Part shown: positions 13,324-29,140 of the stretch, one piece after another
Layout: every line of letters starts with the position of its first letter
Numbering within the stretch: the first letter of the stretch is position 1
DNA from: Ramazzottius varieornatus
Lineage: Eukaryota; Animalia; Tardigrada
Assembly: GCA_001949185.1 (NCBI GenBank)
Contig: BDGG01000003.1
Location: 1,811,164 to 1,875,163, forward strand
Direction: 5' to 3'
Length of the DNA: 64,000 nucleotides
Made by a program: the position numbers and the translations under genes
The notes under the pieces: model-generated
What the model was told of the DNA's origin: nothing
What the model saw: the letters and a program-made list of their open reading frames with translations, nothing else
Databases searched by the model: none

Positions 13324-13810
13324 GGCCGGCAATTTTCTCTTCTTTTTCTCTTCTCTTATTCAATGTGCCGATGGCAACGACGACTAGCGTTTGTGTAGTT
13401 GAAACTGTACATTTTGTTCGACTTTGACTTCTGAGTGACGGACGATGTGTGCGGAGACAGCTTCGAGGAAGCCGTGTCGAATACGGAATGATGGCTAAAC
13501 CATTTTTGATCGAAGAATGAATTTCTTGTGTTCGAATGAAAGGAAAATGGATGAGTGGCGAACAAGCTGAGAAAAAGTTTTGTTCTTGATTTTGAGTTCC
13601 TTTGGTCTCTTTTGTTTTTTGTTTGACGGAAAATGCGGAAATAAACCGAACGAGAAAACTGCTGGCTTCGTTCCACACCCGGATGACTGCTGCCCGCAGT
13701 CGTTTAATGAAGATAATCGAACAAAAAAGAATAGAGTTTTCGAGAAGCCTCTGGAGTGAACACTACGCAAAGAAGCAATTCGTACAAAGCGAAACTTCCG
13801 GACGCTGCGT

Positions 13811-15755
<1,945 letters not shown>

Positions 15756-17534
15756 TCTTGTATCTATACAACAACACACCGTCGTTAACGCATCGCAGCT
15801 TCAGCACCAAAGAAACACGAGAGGAAGACAGCGAAGTAAGAGAAAGGACGTGAACGAAATTCAGTCATCACATCGTTTCTCCTCGTGGACCGTAAACAAG
15901 AATCGTAGTAAAGCTTCTTGTATTCAAACGCCACGCTCACGTCGACTTACCAGTTACTGTGCAACCTCAGTGAAGAATGAGTCCTCCCGACGCAAGTTTC
16001 CCTTGGAGAATGTAGGAGCAATAGAAGGCAAAACCAGAGTGATACACGTGCCGAAGCTGTTTGCCGTGCCAGGCTTTATAGCATTGAATAGCATGGCACA
16101 ATCACGCGGAGAGTTGGGTTTGGCAGGCTATGGGGTTCTTTTACCAGTGGGAAAAGCAGCAAGTTTGTTCTGGCTAGTGTTCAGCATTGCTCTCAGTGAA
16201 CTGACGCAGCTTTGACTTTTCTTCCCACTCTGTCAAGCAACTTTCTGCCGGATCCGTTGTTCCGTTTAAATGTTAGATTTTGAGGGCTACCCTTTTGCTC
16301 AAAGGAAAAAACATGTGCGGCCACTGCGAGCCGGTAGAATAATTAATACAGTAGTAAAGTTAATTGCGTGTTACAAACTGTACTCGAATAACACTTAAGA
16401 CCACGATCCTACACACACTGTCTGATGTGGCATACTTCCACCAAACCAATCAGACATCTATTCGGACAGGTTTCCTTTTCAATCTTGTCATTTTCACACA
16501 TGCAAGTGCTGTTACCCACCGATGCTGCTTACGACGTCACAGATCACGTGTGCAATATACGCGACTACAGCACGTGACCTAGAAGTCACCTTTAGCTCTA
16601 TTTGGGCGGAGTTACATTATCCAATCCCAGTGGAGAACTTCTACGTCATCCAACTCTCCTCGTGATTGTCTATCAGAATTTTGGTACATTTTGCACGTGT
16701 ATCACTCTGGCAAAACTGTTTCCTGAAACGATTAAACGAAAATAAATCGCACGGTGACGTCACGCCTCTTGAAAGTGTCCAGTCATTTTTTGATTGCTTC
16801 AAATGACAGGCCCTTAGACTGCCACAGTGTTGCCGCTGTAGCCTTAGAACCATTTCTTCGATTTTGGATTTATCGATCTTATCGATCCGGGATCCTCGTC
16901 CTCAGTATGGGTTGTGTTATGGCTCAGAACGTGTTCAACAAGGTTCCCTCTCCCTATTTTCCGAAGCAGCAGGAAACAGAGTACTTCAATGGCTTGATGA
17001 GGGGCAAACTCTGGTTTCTCACGCGAAAGCTAGAAGTTCTCTGACAGTTCGACCGACCTTCCTTGTCGAAGCCGTCCGAATTTGAACGGCGATGCACAGT
17101 TTTCAAGTCTTGCTTCAGGGTGCATGGGTATAATATTACGCTGTGTTTAAAACATAAACAACAGTAAAATTTTTCAAACGTTAACATGCGGTTAATCGAA
17201 GCGTAACCACCAACAAAACAGCGCCAAACAGAGGAAGAGGAAACCATTCAAAAACAAAACTCAAAAACATCTTCTTGCAATGTCAAATAAAAAACGCAAC
17301 ATTATGATCCTTTCTCCTTCTCAGTACTAAATAATAATAACACTACAAAATGCAGGACTCTTTTGCCACCGCGGCGTCCACTTGTCACGTCGTGCGTTCC
17401 CTGTCAGCAGCGCAGAACGTCTTCTGAGTATCTTTGGAAAGGCATCGGAGAATAGGAGTTGAGCAGTTACGTTACCAACAATGACAGCTCGCCAGTGTCC
17501 AGCACGATACTGGTTACTCTCCCTACGAACCTTG

Positions 17535-19680
17535 TCATGAGCCGGTGGCGTTACCGTGGCTGTCGTAGGGAGGACCTGTCGGCTGTCCAGGCTTGTATTG
17601 GCTCATGGGGTTATACTGCTGCTGCTGCTGCTGCTGGCTGGAAGGTACGTTACCGTAGTAGACTCCGTGAACTCCGTGGTTAGGTTGTCCTTGTTGCGGA
17701 CTCTGTTGATACTGGGCGTACTGCTGATGCTGTTGTTGTTGTTGTTGTTGTTGTTGCTGCTGCTGCTGCTGCTGCGCCTGTTGAGGCGGGTACCCCAAAG
17801 GAAGCTGCTGTTGCTGTTGGTACGCCATTTGCGAAGGTGCTTGCGGTTGTTGCTGTTGCTGACCTATCATATGGCCTAAGAAAACCGAAACGAACGATTA
17901 GTGAGTACTATGAAGTACTATGAAGTACATAAACATTTTTAGAAATTTTCCTGCGTTTGAAAACTGCAGAATTTTGAGCGGAAATTTGAGAACAGAAGCG
18001 TTCAAAATTTTCACAGTACCTTGAGAAGGATGTGAAGACACTGTCGGTCTGTATGAGTTATTACTCGAGGAGGACCTCCTTGGCTGCATCTGCGGCGGAG
18101 GCATCAAGGAGTAATTAGGGTCCATCGGGGATGTGTCTTGCTGTGGCGGATAATTTGGGTGCGCGCTGGCTGGATATCCTTGCGGTGTGCTCATACCTGG
18201 GCAGAACGACACGGCATGTTTCTGCGACTCTTTGCAAAGAATCAAGGTCGGGAATGACTTACCTCTCGACTGATTTGGATGGTAAGGATAATTCTGGGGT
18301 GGAGGCATCGACATATTGCTCATCGGTGCTTGCTGTTGTGGCGGGTGCTGCTGTGTTGTGGATGGATGTGCTTGTGGTGAGCCGTATGGTGAGCCTTGCT
18401 GCTGCATTGTAGGTTGCTGTTGATGTTGTTGTGGTGCTGGTTGAGAATACTGTTGAGTTGGCTGTTGTCCGGACCGATTCGGTGGTTGGACGTAACCGTT
18501 GACCATCTGATGGGGTTGCTGGAATGGCTGCATGGAGGGAGAACGTGGTGGGAAGGCTCCACCATGCGTACTTTGGGTCAGTGGCGAGTACACAGGCTGC
18601 GGTCTCCCTTGTTGCGGCTGGAACGACGGTGGGCCGTTCTGATTGCTGTAGGAAGGTGCCTGGGAAGAGGTGCCGGGATAGGGAGAAGGTGCAGCGGCAC
18701 TCGAGGGCCGTACCGGGAGAGGACTTTGCGAGATTCGAGCGTAGGACGAGGAGGTGGTGGCAACGTCAGTTGGGGAACTTGCTTGCTGCGGAGTCGATGC
18801 ACCGCTAAGCGTCTGGATGTTTTTACTTAAGGCTTGCATGAGTTCTCCGACAACTTCGGGCTGGTTGTCCGCCATGGCTTGATTGATCCGAAGTATGAGG
18901 TGTGCGTTGCTGTCGAGAACCTGGAAAAAGAGCACAACGATCAGAAGAACCCAGTTGAAACAGAATAAATGAAACTGAATCAAACAACACAGCTTTCGAC
19001 AATATGTAAACTGACTTTAATTCTGGCTGATGTGTGGCCACACAACTATCAAAGCATGAAAGGCCACAAAATGCCAACAAAACAGTCAAGACAAAAGCGT
19101 GTATTCCGGACAATTTCGAAAGCTATGGTAATACCGAACGGACTGCTTAAGGAGGAAACAACAGTGGAACTGATCACAGCAAGGCGTGCCATACCTTGCT
19201 GAAGTAAGATTCCTTTTCCGCGGAAGAATTCGCAGGAAAATTACTAGGATTCGGTACAGGGCTCGGTTGTGAAGGTACAGGGCTGGAATGGCTATATCCG
19301 TTCTCTGTAATCTGGCCGCCGCCGCGACTCGATGAGGAAAAGGATGCAGGAGAGGGAGTTTGTGATGGACTGCTGTTATTCATTAACGTCGAGCCATTCA
19401 CATTCGGACTGACACTGGGGAAACTTTGGTGTGGTTGCATTGGCAGGAAATTTGAAGGTCCACTTGGTGGATAGTTGGACATGGGATATCCACCTTCATC
19501 CCTGTAGGCTGGATGGTAGTGCGGGGAGGCTTCATTGCCGCTTAACCGGGAAACAACCGGGTTGTTAAGTTGCAAACTTTGCTGCATGCCAATATTCTGA
19601 GGCTCTTCTTGGTTATCACTTCCTGCACTTCCTGCATTCTTTTTCTTGGACTTTGATGGCCTGTCCTTCTTTGACGGCAT
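17535..19680 (-). CDS. SS18/SSXT-like QPGY-rich protein (putative BAF subunit or coactivator)
   Basis: Spliced segment FSKVLDSNAHLILRINQAMADNQPEVVGELMQALSKNIQTLS fits the SNH pattern LDxNxxLI...LxxN(L/I)xxL and is followed by a long Q/P/G/Y-rich region with polyQ. Termini are inferred. Confidence 0.6.
17614..17860 (-). repeat. CAG/CAA trinucleotide tracts encoding polyQ
   Basis: (tgc)n and (tgt)n runs on the + strand. Confidence 0.9.
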
Positions 19681-21031
19681 CGTAGAGCAGGAGAAGAGCA
19701 CGATTTCTCTGGACGATCAGCAGAAGAAAACCAAAAGAAAAATAAATTGGATACACAGTTGGATCAAACAATCAGCTGTCTGAAGGCGGGCTTAAATCCA
19801 TGGCGTCAATGGGAAATTTCTCCTTCTTGCAAGATAATCCATCGTAAAATTCGATGTGTTCAAACTCATTCCTTCAAAACCTGAAAATACAAGTAAAACA
19901 TTCATTCAATCAGTACCGGTTCGACATAGCGACTAAATGGTCAGTTTGATGTCAAATGAGCTCTGGAAAAAAATGCACTAGTTAGTGTTTACGACGCTCC
20001 TGTCATCGTCAACCCATCAAATACACGACCTCAAACTCCTGCCAGAGCGGACCTGCTACATCCAAGCATCCATTGATGTATCGCTGATAAAATTATGCCG
20101 TCGGATTGATAAGAAAGTTGGAAATTACGCGGTTTTGTCACATGCAAAAGAAGACCCATTCATCTCATTTGTGCAAACCACACAAACAAAACTGCCATTG
20201 CCAGATAAATAATTAACTCTCAATGAAAATAATTCCGCAGACACGAAAAGTCCGTGCTGGCACGGGTTGAATGGAGGCACGGACGTCATCGGCATGATCA
20301 ATCCGCCTCCAAGTGGCCTCGGCTTTAACCCCAGTCACCAACGGGGTTGACTGCAGGCCCTGCTGTGGCCGGAAGTGTTTATTCGGTGATTTTGACACAG
20401 GCTTACCCCCAACGGCAACGCCGAAGTGAAGGGGATGTGGCACGCTCTGCCTCTTTCTGACGGTCCGCCCACGACGGGGTGGAGTAGCAGCTTCGGTCAC
20501 CAGTCAAGAATTCTGCTTGGGGCAGGCCGACCAGTGGTGTCAGTCGGACCAGTTCGAACTTGCAATCGGCGGACCAGCGCATCTTCCGGCGCGCTCATCC
20601 AGGTTTTCCAGGGCAGCCATGTTTTTGCGTGTTTTGATCTTCGTCTTCCTCGCTATCTTATCTTTCTCCTTTTTACCTGATCCCCAGCTCAATACTGGAT
20701 AACTTTGCCTTTGTGATCTCGTCGATAGTGGTACCCAGCAGCCCGAACAAAATAGCAATCGTGGCGTCCGCACTGGATTTCCCAGTGGAGCACACGTTGG
20801 ATACGGACACTGAATACGCTTCCGTTTCCCGTGGTGTCACTCGCAAATCTATCCCCGAAACCATCGTCAACGAAAACTATGAGTTATGTGAAGCTACACT
20901 TCGGTTTGTGGTCGATTCTATCCACTGGCTTCGAATTAACATCGCTTGGAGGCCGGTCGAAACTCTCTGGTGTTGCTGACGATGAAACTCCCTTCAGTCC
21001 CTCGTTTTTATTCCTTTTTTCTTTTTTCCAG

Positions 21032-24000
21032 ACTGGCGACCGCAACTCTCCGGGTTCGGCAGGAAGCGTCAAGCAGCTTGTACAGAAGTTTAGCGGGATC
21101 GACGCTAGCAGCAGTCAGGGCTCGATGTCGCTGAGCCCAAGATCGTCCAGTGGCAGCTTTCGCGAGAAGAATCGTTCGAACTACTCATTCGGCGGAATGC
21201 AGCGACCGCTTGTGGAAACCAACCTCGAGTACTACAGCAAGGAAATCATGAACCTGACCACTCCGGAGAAGAACCCAGCAGATAACGAGACGTGGAACAA
21301 CCACCGAAGCATCGACACCATCCAAGAGCATACTGGGTACGATGGTCCTTCTTTCTGCGGTTTCTTAACCCTCCTACTCTTTTCTGCTTCTTTTCTTGCA
21401 GAGAAGGTCCTTCCCAACATCGTGTAACTTCCTTCCGAAGCGATGTGCCGAAGGAAAGTTTGCTGGAGAGGTTCAACGCATCTTCGAAAGACAGCCTACG
21501 AAGAGAACCACAAAGGTAGAATCTTTCGTCTTTCTGCGCTGAATCTCTTCTACTCACATTATTTTCCCTTGCAGCTATGGAGAGGCTCGTTCTGAGCACG
21601 ACTATCCATCCTTCATCAGTAGTTCCCCCACGACAGAGCAGTCCTGTAACTCTTTTAGTAACAAGCCGCAGATACTCTCGCAAGCTCCAGTCTCCGACAA
21701 GCCGTTGTCACCTTTCATTCTGCGGCTAAACTTGGTCAAGAAGATCGTGGAGGTCTTGAAGTTTCTTCGCGACTCCAACCTTTTGACTGTCCAAGATGAC
21801 AAGGACAAGAGCAGCTTGGGTAGTAATAAAGCCGAGTCGCAGCTGAACGAGAGGACCACTGCGGCGCTGGAGTTCTATCTGGGCCAGCACGGAACGCTGT
21901 CTAGCGCTGTCAGCCGCGAAGAACTGGAGCGACCAGCGAGACCCAGCTCGTTCACTGTAAGACACCTTCATTCAAGCTCAAGGGAGAACGACTTATAGTC
22001 TCGAACCGACATTTTTGTTTCCAGGAAATTTCAGCTGCGCGAAACGCTTTGCTGGATCCTTCGGCGGAAACTGACCAGTCTTATTCGACTGAAACGGATG
22101 TACGGATTTTTAACTCTTTTCTTGAAGTTGCAGATTGACAGAACATTTGCAGAACTCCTCGCTGATAACGCAGGAATTTCCCAGTGAAATGTTCTTTTGA
22201 ATGTCTGTTTTTGTCTAGAAGGGCGGATTTTGGGGCGTGACCGTTATTTCACGCTGAACATATTTATAAATGCTTCTCAAAGTTTCTTTTGTGTTTGCTC
22301 ACACAGGACTACAAGCGCCAGTATTTGGCCTACTTGAAGTACTTGATCAAGTACACCAGCTTTGACGTGAACGCTTTCGACAAGGATCCTAAAGCCTGGT
22401 TGGAACGCCTGATGGCGAACCGTGATGGACAAGAACGCAAGGAAGTGGGGGATTACGTCAACGCCTGTCACCTGCAACCGGCCATCGACGCTGCTTGGGA
22501 CCGAGAACGTAGGAGCAAGCTGAAGCGCACTGGGTCCTACTCAAAGTTCTCCCTGGCCATGCACAAGTTCGGGCAGCGAGTTCTCCATGTCGGCGACTAC
22601 CGACGACGCTGCGAACTGTGGCAGTCCATGTCGAAGGACATCTACTCCAGACCCCAACAGACCACGACTCAGCGAGGTACGGTAGCAGAAGAAAAAAAAA
22701 GTATAATCGTAGTCTCTGAAATCGTTGATAAAAGCAAACGGACAGACTGGAAAAATTTGAAGTTGAAAATTAAAGTTACTTTAGCAAAAAGAAACCGGGT
22801 AGCATTTCATGTTAGTTCGGATGAGCGTTCTCTCTATAATATGTCCGATCCTAGTGGAGAAAACTAGTCGATTAATCTTATCGAAATTAAAATTGATATT
22901 TTCAGGTTGAAAGGTTTTTGATTTTTTTCGGTTTCCTAAAGTTCGATTCTTGCTTTCGAAAGAAACCGAATTAGTTTTACCACCGTTTCAGTTGGTTGTG
23001 TTCGTTCAGCTGGATACGCTGTGCATCCGTGTCCGGCATTGCTGGACGTCACCCGAGGCGTCACAGCGGGCGACGGTATCTTGAAGAAGGAACCGGTGTG
23101 GGACTTGGAACCATGGAATGTCCACAGCGTCATCATCAGAACCTTGAGGGCTGAGGCTAACGCGTATGTCTTGGCTATCCAGCCGTTCTTCATGAGCAAG
23201 AAGGCGTCCAAGTTCGGCAACATGGTCGACGCGGTGGAACTGCTCAACTCAGCAGAGTTCCCCAAGGACCAGCAGTCGGCGATAGTCTTCACGGCGGAAG
23301 TACAGCACTTTGCTGAATCGGCCTACGAATTCTGGTCGAGTGGCGAGCTGGAAGAAGCCACCAAGCGAGAGGGATTAAACGACAGTGTGCCTGGGGAGGG
23401 AAATCGGAAGGAACATAGCTTCGTCTCGGTCCATAACGATAAAGGTAACAGTAAAATGGAAGAAGAATGGGATGGGATCTCAACAAGATGGTATTCTCAA
23501 GTGGCGCACGCCTATGGTATTATTGGCTGTCAGCGTGCGCGACTTGTGAAACCGATCTTATCGGGTTTGTTTGACAAGCTTTCGAATTCTGTTGAATGGG
23601 TTTTATGAGTTTAACTTGCTTGTTCTTAGGTTCGATTGGATATCAGTCGATGGGTGGTTCGAAGGAAGGTTCGAAACATGACGTGGGGGCTAAAAGTGAC
23701 AGCTTGAAGAGAGGGACGCAGTCGCTGGGTAAAGCTCAGACCTTGAACCTCAAGTGCGATGGAAGTTCGAAAGGTAGTAAAGCAGTGTTCTCGCTTTCCG
23801 TTTGCCTGTCTTTTCCCAAATTTCCAGGTTTTCAGCAAATGTTTTAACTTGAATGTTTCTGTTTGTAGGGGAAGGAAGTCCGGGCCGTAAGGACTTATCA
23901 CTTCCGCGTCACATTAGCGGGCTGCTGCAGGAGATTCGACAGTTCAGCTTCCACAATGCTACTCCACGAAGTAGCGGGAAGAAGAAGAGCGGAAGTGCCT

Positions 24001-25257
24001 CGAAAATGGCGAAACAGAGCGGCGAGAACCTCAACGAAACTTTTATTGGTATGTTGTACTGATTATTAGTCCCTTGTGCTGTAAAGAACACGGACGTAGC
24101 TAATCGATAATCATGTCTGAACTTATTGTAGTTTCGGAATCCAGCCCGATCCTACCAATAGGGCCAAAGGGAACTCCTGTCAGCACGGTTGAGAACCTGA
24201 ATGAAATTGTGACCGGTAATTTTGATCTGTCCTTGCGTCAGACTGAGCCTTGAACTGTATTCACTATCCATGTCATGTTGCAGTTTCAAAGACCAGTACA
24301 ATCGAGTACTTCACGAAGAATGGTGGAGAAGCTGTGACGAGGTCCACCTGCACTACTACCATCGATGGAACTCCGCCGAGACTTGACTCTAGCGATACAA
24401 CCGAGTCAGACAGGTATATAAATTCCACTCTATGAAGATCCCGGAGAGGTTAATACATCTTTCTCCTGTTTCAAGGCTGTATGTGTCGTCTGTTCCTGAT
24501 GAAGTGAGAATGTACTGCTCGGACATTGCTGGTGCTTCTTCCCACCCGGCCTCGCCCATCGCCAGTGGAGGAACCACCGTTTACTCCAGCGTCCTTTCTC
24601 AGTACAACAGGCAGAGTGTTTCGCCAGGCAAGTCAATGGAAACCCTTCGGAAGGTTTCTTTACTTTGAACAGGCTATCCTTGTAGGTTTGTCTGGCAAAC
24701 GAAAGAAGGCGGAGGAGTTGAAGAAGAGCGTCGACCAAAGTCCAACGTACTTGCGAGGCGTGGCCTCGGACCAACATGTTCCGAGCTTCATCCCGCTTAG
24801 CTTACCTCAAGATGGTAAGTCAGTCATTCTTTTATTCACAACGTTGTTGAGCTTGTCTTGCAAACAGTGCGAGTTTCCTTCACAGAAGTGATTCAGGAGA
24901 ACCAGGAAACTCATGGCGATCAAGTGAGAAGCAGCATCGGCGATTCGGTCGTTCTGAGCGACAAGCAGAAACAAGTAAGGGCAGTTTGCGTTGAATATAG
25001 TATGTATTTGGAAACCCTGGACTGGAACGCTGATGTGGCCTTTCAGAATCTGAGCTCGCCGGATCAAGCCACGAGAGTACGCATTCTTGACGAACTGGGA
25101 TACTTGGGAACTCAGGTTTGATAGTCAAGTAGCATGTCAAGTCTTATCCGTCTGTTCAACTGGACTGTCTACTTTTCAGGAAGAACCACCTGATCACATT
25201 GTCCTGGATTTCGGCCAGATTAAGGCCGATGTTGCTGGTGTAGATAATTTCCGATGA
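21032..25257 (+). CDS. Orphan multi-exon protein of unknown function; start codon uncertain
   Basis: Chain of open exons with GT-AG introns, e.g. DYKRQYLAYLKYLIKYTSFDVNAFDKDPKAWLERL..., EPVWDLEPWNVHSVIIRTLRAEANAYVLAIQPFF..., last exon EEPPDHIVLDFGQIKADVAGVDNFR*. No family recognised. Confidence 0.65.
23498..23546. repeat. Family A intronic palindrome core, orphan-gene intron
   Basis: caagtggcgca-N27-tgcgcgacttg. Confidence 0.85.
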
Positions 25258-25442
25258 GAACCTCATGTCCTCTCTTTTGTTCCTTTTCCCGATGTTCGAA
25301 TCTCTTTTGGTGTTTTCCGAATCTTGGCGTCTACTGTAGGATTTAATGTTTTTGTATCCTCGAACTTGATACTTGGTGTATTTTGCTCTTTTTCCTTTTT
25401 TCTTTGCTAACATCAGTCAATCTGGACGTGAAAGTTGTAGTA

Positions 25443-25599
25443 CTGTATTCCCCCGATATCTTCGCGAACCCCGTTAATCGTGGCGCCACCTACTGGACGT
25501 ACGTCATCCACACATACGTGCCCATTGGCCGTACGTCATGTACGTTTCGTAGTGGGCGCCATGAGTATCAGGCTTCGCGGAGATAACGGGGGAATACAG
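25443..25599. mobile_element. MITE of the pogo/Tc2-like family between two convergent genes
   Basis: TIRs CTGTATTCCCCCGATATCTTCGCGAA / TTCGCGGAGATAACGGGGGAATACAG with TA on both sides; inverted copy of 69-224. Confidence 0.9.
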
Positions 25600-25733
25600 T
25601 ACTGTAATTGCCAAACAAGACGATAAAATAGTGCGGATGGTTGAATACAAAAGTTAAGCTAAAACTTTGCGAACTGTGATGCATCAGCCAAGTTACAAAA
25701 GGCGGTAAAATTCAAAATATGGAGGCTGTTAAA

Positions 25734-26991
25734 CTATGCTAAGCTATCGATCAGGGAATCTCGCATCTTTGTGGCGATGTTAGACGGCTGATGTCCTTCG
25801 GTAAGGCGGAAGACGGACTCTATAACGGAGATCTCTGTGCTGGTTGTGTCCAAGCCGCAGAAAGCTATCCAGTCGTTAACAATCAATCCACCTCCGATCA
25901 CATCGCTGCCACGATTCACGGTTCCAGCCTGAAAAGGATATAAGCCGGAAAATTAATCAAGTAAGCCAGGAAGTCGTGTTTGGGATGTCGGTAACTGAAT
26001 TCACCCAAAGTGTTCGAAAGTGGCGCATGAAAACATGCGCCACTTTTGAAAACAATATACTGAGCTCCCATTTCGCAATGCAGAAGCAAGAACACTGTCC
26101 GATCTTACCACGAGTGGTACTTGAAGCAGTGAAGAAAGCTCATCTTGGTCCTCGATCTTGGCTTTGGAATGGACCAGTCCTCCCTGATTGCTCAACGCAC
26201 AGTAACTTCCAACCAAAACGTTGTCGGCTATAGCGTGGCGGAAGACTTCCACTTTCAACACGTCGGAAATTATTTCTTCCGTTTCCTACAGCAGACAGAA
26301 ATTAGTCTTTTGTTACCGCAGGGCAGGGATAGGGAAACTGTGTTCTTACTCTGTCCAGATCAGGGTGTACGAGTGCGACGTAATCGTTACAGGCTATAAC
26401 GTTTCCCAGTGCGGATAACCTCTCTTCGACTCGCTGGATCTTGACTGAGTCTGGAAGGCTGTTCCGGAAATGCTGGAGCTCTTGATCGGTTGTGGCGTAA
26501 GGGACAAGAAGACCGTGACGATTTCCTGACGCGCGCACGAAGCAAAATACAGTACGCGAATCGTATACGGAAATAAGAATATCGTATACGGAAATAATAT
26601 CTCCCTTCAGCCAGCCGAGCATCTGAGCAGAACGGAAAGGAGCCTGACTCTTACCTGCAGTCAGTCTACCGATGATCCGACTTCCACCGATGGAAGAGTG
26701 TACGACGGGAATGGCATCTGACAGATCAGATTCAAAAACACTGCAACGAAAAATAGACTAAACAGTGCACCTCGACCAACAGATCAATCAAGAACAGATT
26801 TTAGAATGGAACATTTCGGATGAGCGAAGATCCACCGATCATCGTCCGAAAAGATTCTGGCACACACAAAATTAAGGATCTCACCTGTAGAAGTTCTGAG
26901 CCCCTCCGATGGCCACAAGGCAGTATGAGTTGGTTAGTTTGGTGAAGACGCCGACTTCGTTGCTACTTTCAAACTGGGTGCGAACAGCCAT
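25734..26991 (-). CDS. EIF6: Eukaryotic translation initiation factor 6
   Basis: [30 protein letters not shown]..., [48 protein letters not shown]...[14 protein letters not shown]...[10 protein letters not shown]. Confidence 0.97.
26017..26046. repeat. Family A core with an internally deleted spacer (8 bp), EIF6 intron
   Basis: aaagtggcgca-tgaaaaca-tgcgccacttt, outer arm ending gagctccc. Confidence 0.75.
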
Positions 26992-27650
26992 GTTGAAGGT
27001 GTTATGTAGCAAGAACCTTCGAAGTGATCTCTAAGATCCCTCAGCATATATCTCCGACTGAATCCTCCGTTGACGATCTAAAAGAATCAAGAACACAAGA
27101 AACTAAAAACCGGGCCTGAGAAGCGTAAGAAGAAATGGCGAGGATGTTGCGAAAATCCATTTTAAAGCACAATTTTGGAATGATCTCATTTGAGCAGTGT
27201 TCGGCGGATGAACAGCTCCCTCGCTTCCATATCGCTCATCAAAATCATACCGCCAGCCGGTGTGTGGTGCGCCGGACAGTGTTTCGTCCTCGGTCGAGAA
27301 CTGTTTACCTGCATTTGAGTCGTTTTCGTGCGTGGTCAGTTCGTCGCCCATGTAACTTCCCAGAAGCAGTTGGTAAACAGAACGAAGCAGGGCGTCCTGT
27401 GTATCTGAGGTACGTGACGTAATGGTGGTGCGGAGCGTCTAGCGTAGAAAACAGCTCAATGCGGCAGCCGCCTTTTCGCTGCGGCGAGATTTTCAAACGA
27501 ACGGCGCCGCTGTGAGGGAAAGGCGATTGGCGAACAGCTGATTTCACTCCTTTTATTATTTCCGTTTCCAGCGGCGAGAAACCTCGATCGAAACTCTACC
27601 GAGGACTGGCTTCGTTCCGTGTCTTTCCAGTTTGATAGCACATCTTCAAC

Positions 27651-28368
27651 ATGGACGGAGGCTCAGACGACCACTTGGCGCGGATCGCGGCATCGTTCAC
27701 GATACATCCTGACTTCCCCATCAAAGGTGTCAACTTCAGGTAAGAGCCTCGCTCGCGTATTGTAACAGTCTGACGGCTAGTCCTCTTTTTCTTCACGATC
27801 GTTCGAGTCGATTCTTGGTGCGGATAGTATGTTTCTTTTCTCGTAGAAATATCCTTCCTGTGATGCGCGATCCACAACTCTTTGGTTGGCTTATCGATGA
27901 GTGTGTCGCCCGTATAAAGGACAAGTTTTCTCAACCTATCGACCTAGTCATCGGACTGGAAGCTCGTGGTTTCTTGTTTGGTCCTGCCATCGCTCTACGG
28001 CTGAATTGTGGATTCGCACCGATAAGGAAGCCTGGGAAACTACCTGGCAAACTGGCGACTGTTAGTTTCAAAAAGGAATATGGTGAAGTACGTCATCTGC
28101 TTATGTCAACTTCCGGTCGACGATCCTGAGTGTGTATACTGTTTCGTAGGATGTGTTTGAGATCGAAGAAGACGCCATCATGCCAGGTCAAAGAATCGTG
28201 ATCGTGGATGATGTACTGGCAACGGGCGGAACGCTTCGGGCAGCGACTCAATTGATGGAGCAGCGGAAGGCACTTCCGGTGGGAACATTCGTCATCGTGG
28301 AACTTCTCGGTCTTGGAGGGCGGAATCGCGTCCCGTCTTGCGAAGCTCTTTTTAGTTTCTCTGGATAA
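27651..28368 (+). CDS. APRT: Adenine phosphoribosyltransferase, 3 exons
   Basis: PDFPIKGVNFR, GLEARGFLFGP, IRKPGKLPG, KEYG, PRPP-binding motif IVIVDDVLATGGT. Confidence 0.96.
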
Positions 28369-29140
28369 CTGCTTCTTTGCTAATACTGTGTCCCGCTGCC
28401 GTGGACCCGTGATGGTTTTCCTTCCTTGTTTGACAGTATGGATCCCAAAGACGAAATTTTCATTTTACCGTCTAACAACTCGTATATAGTAAAAACTAAG
28501 AAGCTTATTGAGCTCTCCATGACTCGACGAACTGTTGTTAGAAATTTTCTCTTCTTCTTAGGAACCTTGTTTCAGTTTTATGTTGACGCGAACATTGGTT
28601 GGTAGTGCGGGAGAGCTTAATAAATCGAAGAACTGTTTGCAGTCCTCAGCACACGGGTTACGAAAAGAGTGTTGAAAGTATGTCATGTAATATGTGGAAT
28701 GTTACGTAATGCATGTGACGTAATGATCTGATGTTGTTATCACTTATCACTGACAGCCAGCTGTGAGCCTGGACGTTTATCTCTTCATCAGTGGCCTGTT
28801 CACACCTCCGGTAGACTTCACCTTCGTTGATTTCTTCCCTTCGTCGCTGAATTCAGACTGTAGGGAGAATCATATATCTGCACGTCAACATTAGAGCCGT
28901 GGACCGACTTTGGACATCAAGCGATGGATGGGATGAATACGCGAAGCAAGCTTGTTCACACTTCCGGTGGCTCTCTTAATCAACGCCAGTGCCTTTCAGA
29001 TGCTTCTTCTCTGTACTGACGGTCTGGAATTGAGGAGAATCATCTTAAAGCGATGTTGAAGTAAGTATGTTTCGTCAGTGCTCGTTCGTTGGATGTGCAT
29101 GCCTCCAGACATTAACGAATGCTGTTTTGCCCTTCAGGAC

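Noticed and set aside
17556-17879. Leu-rich + strand ORF resembling a membrane protein
   Set aside because: Antisense shadow of the polyQ tract.
26560-26597. Direct duplication atcgtatacggaaataa in an EIF6 intron
   Set aside because: A simple local slippage duplication.
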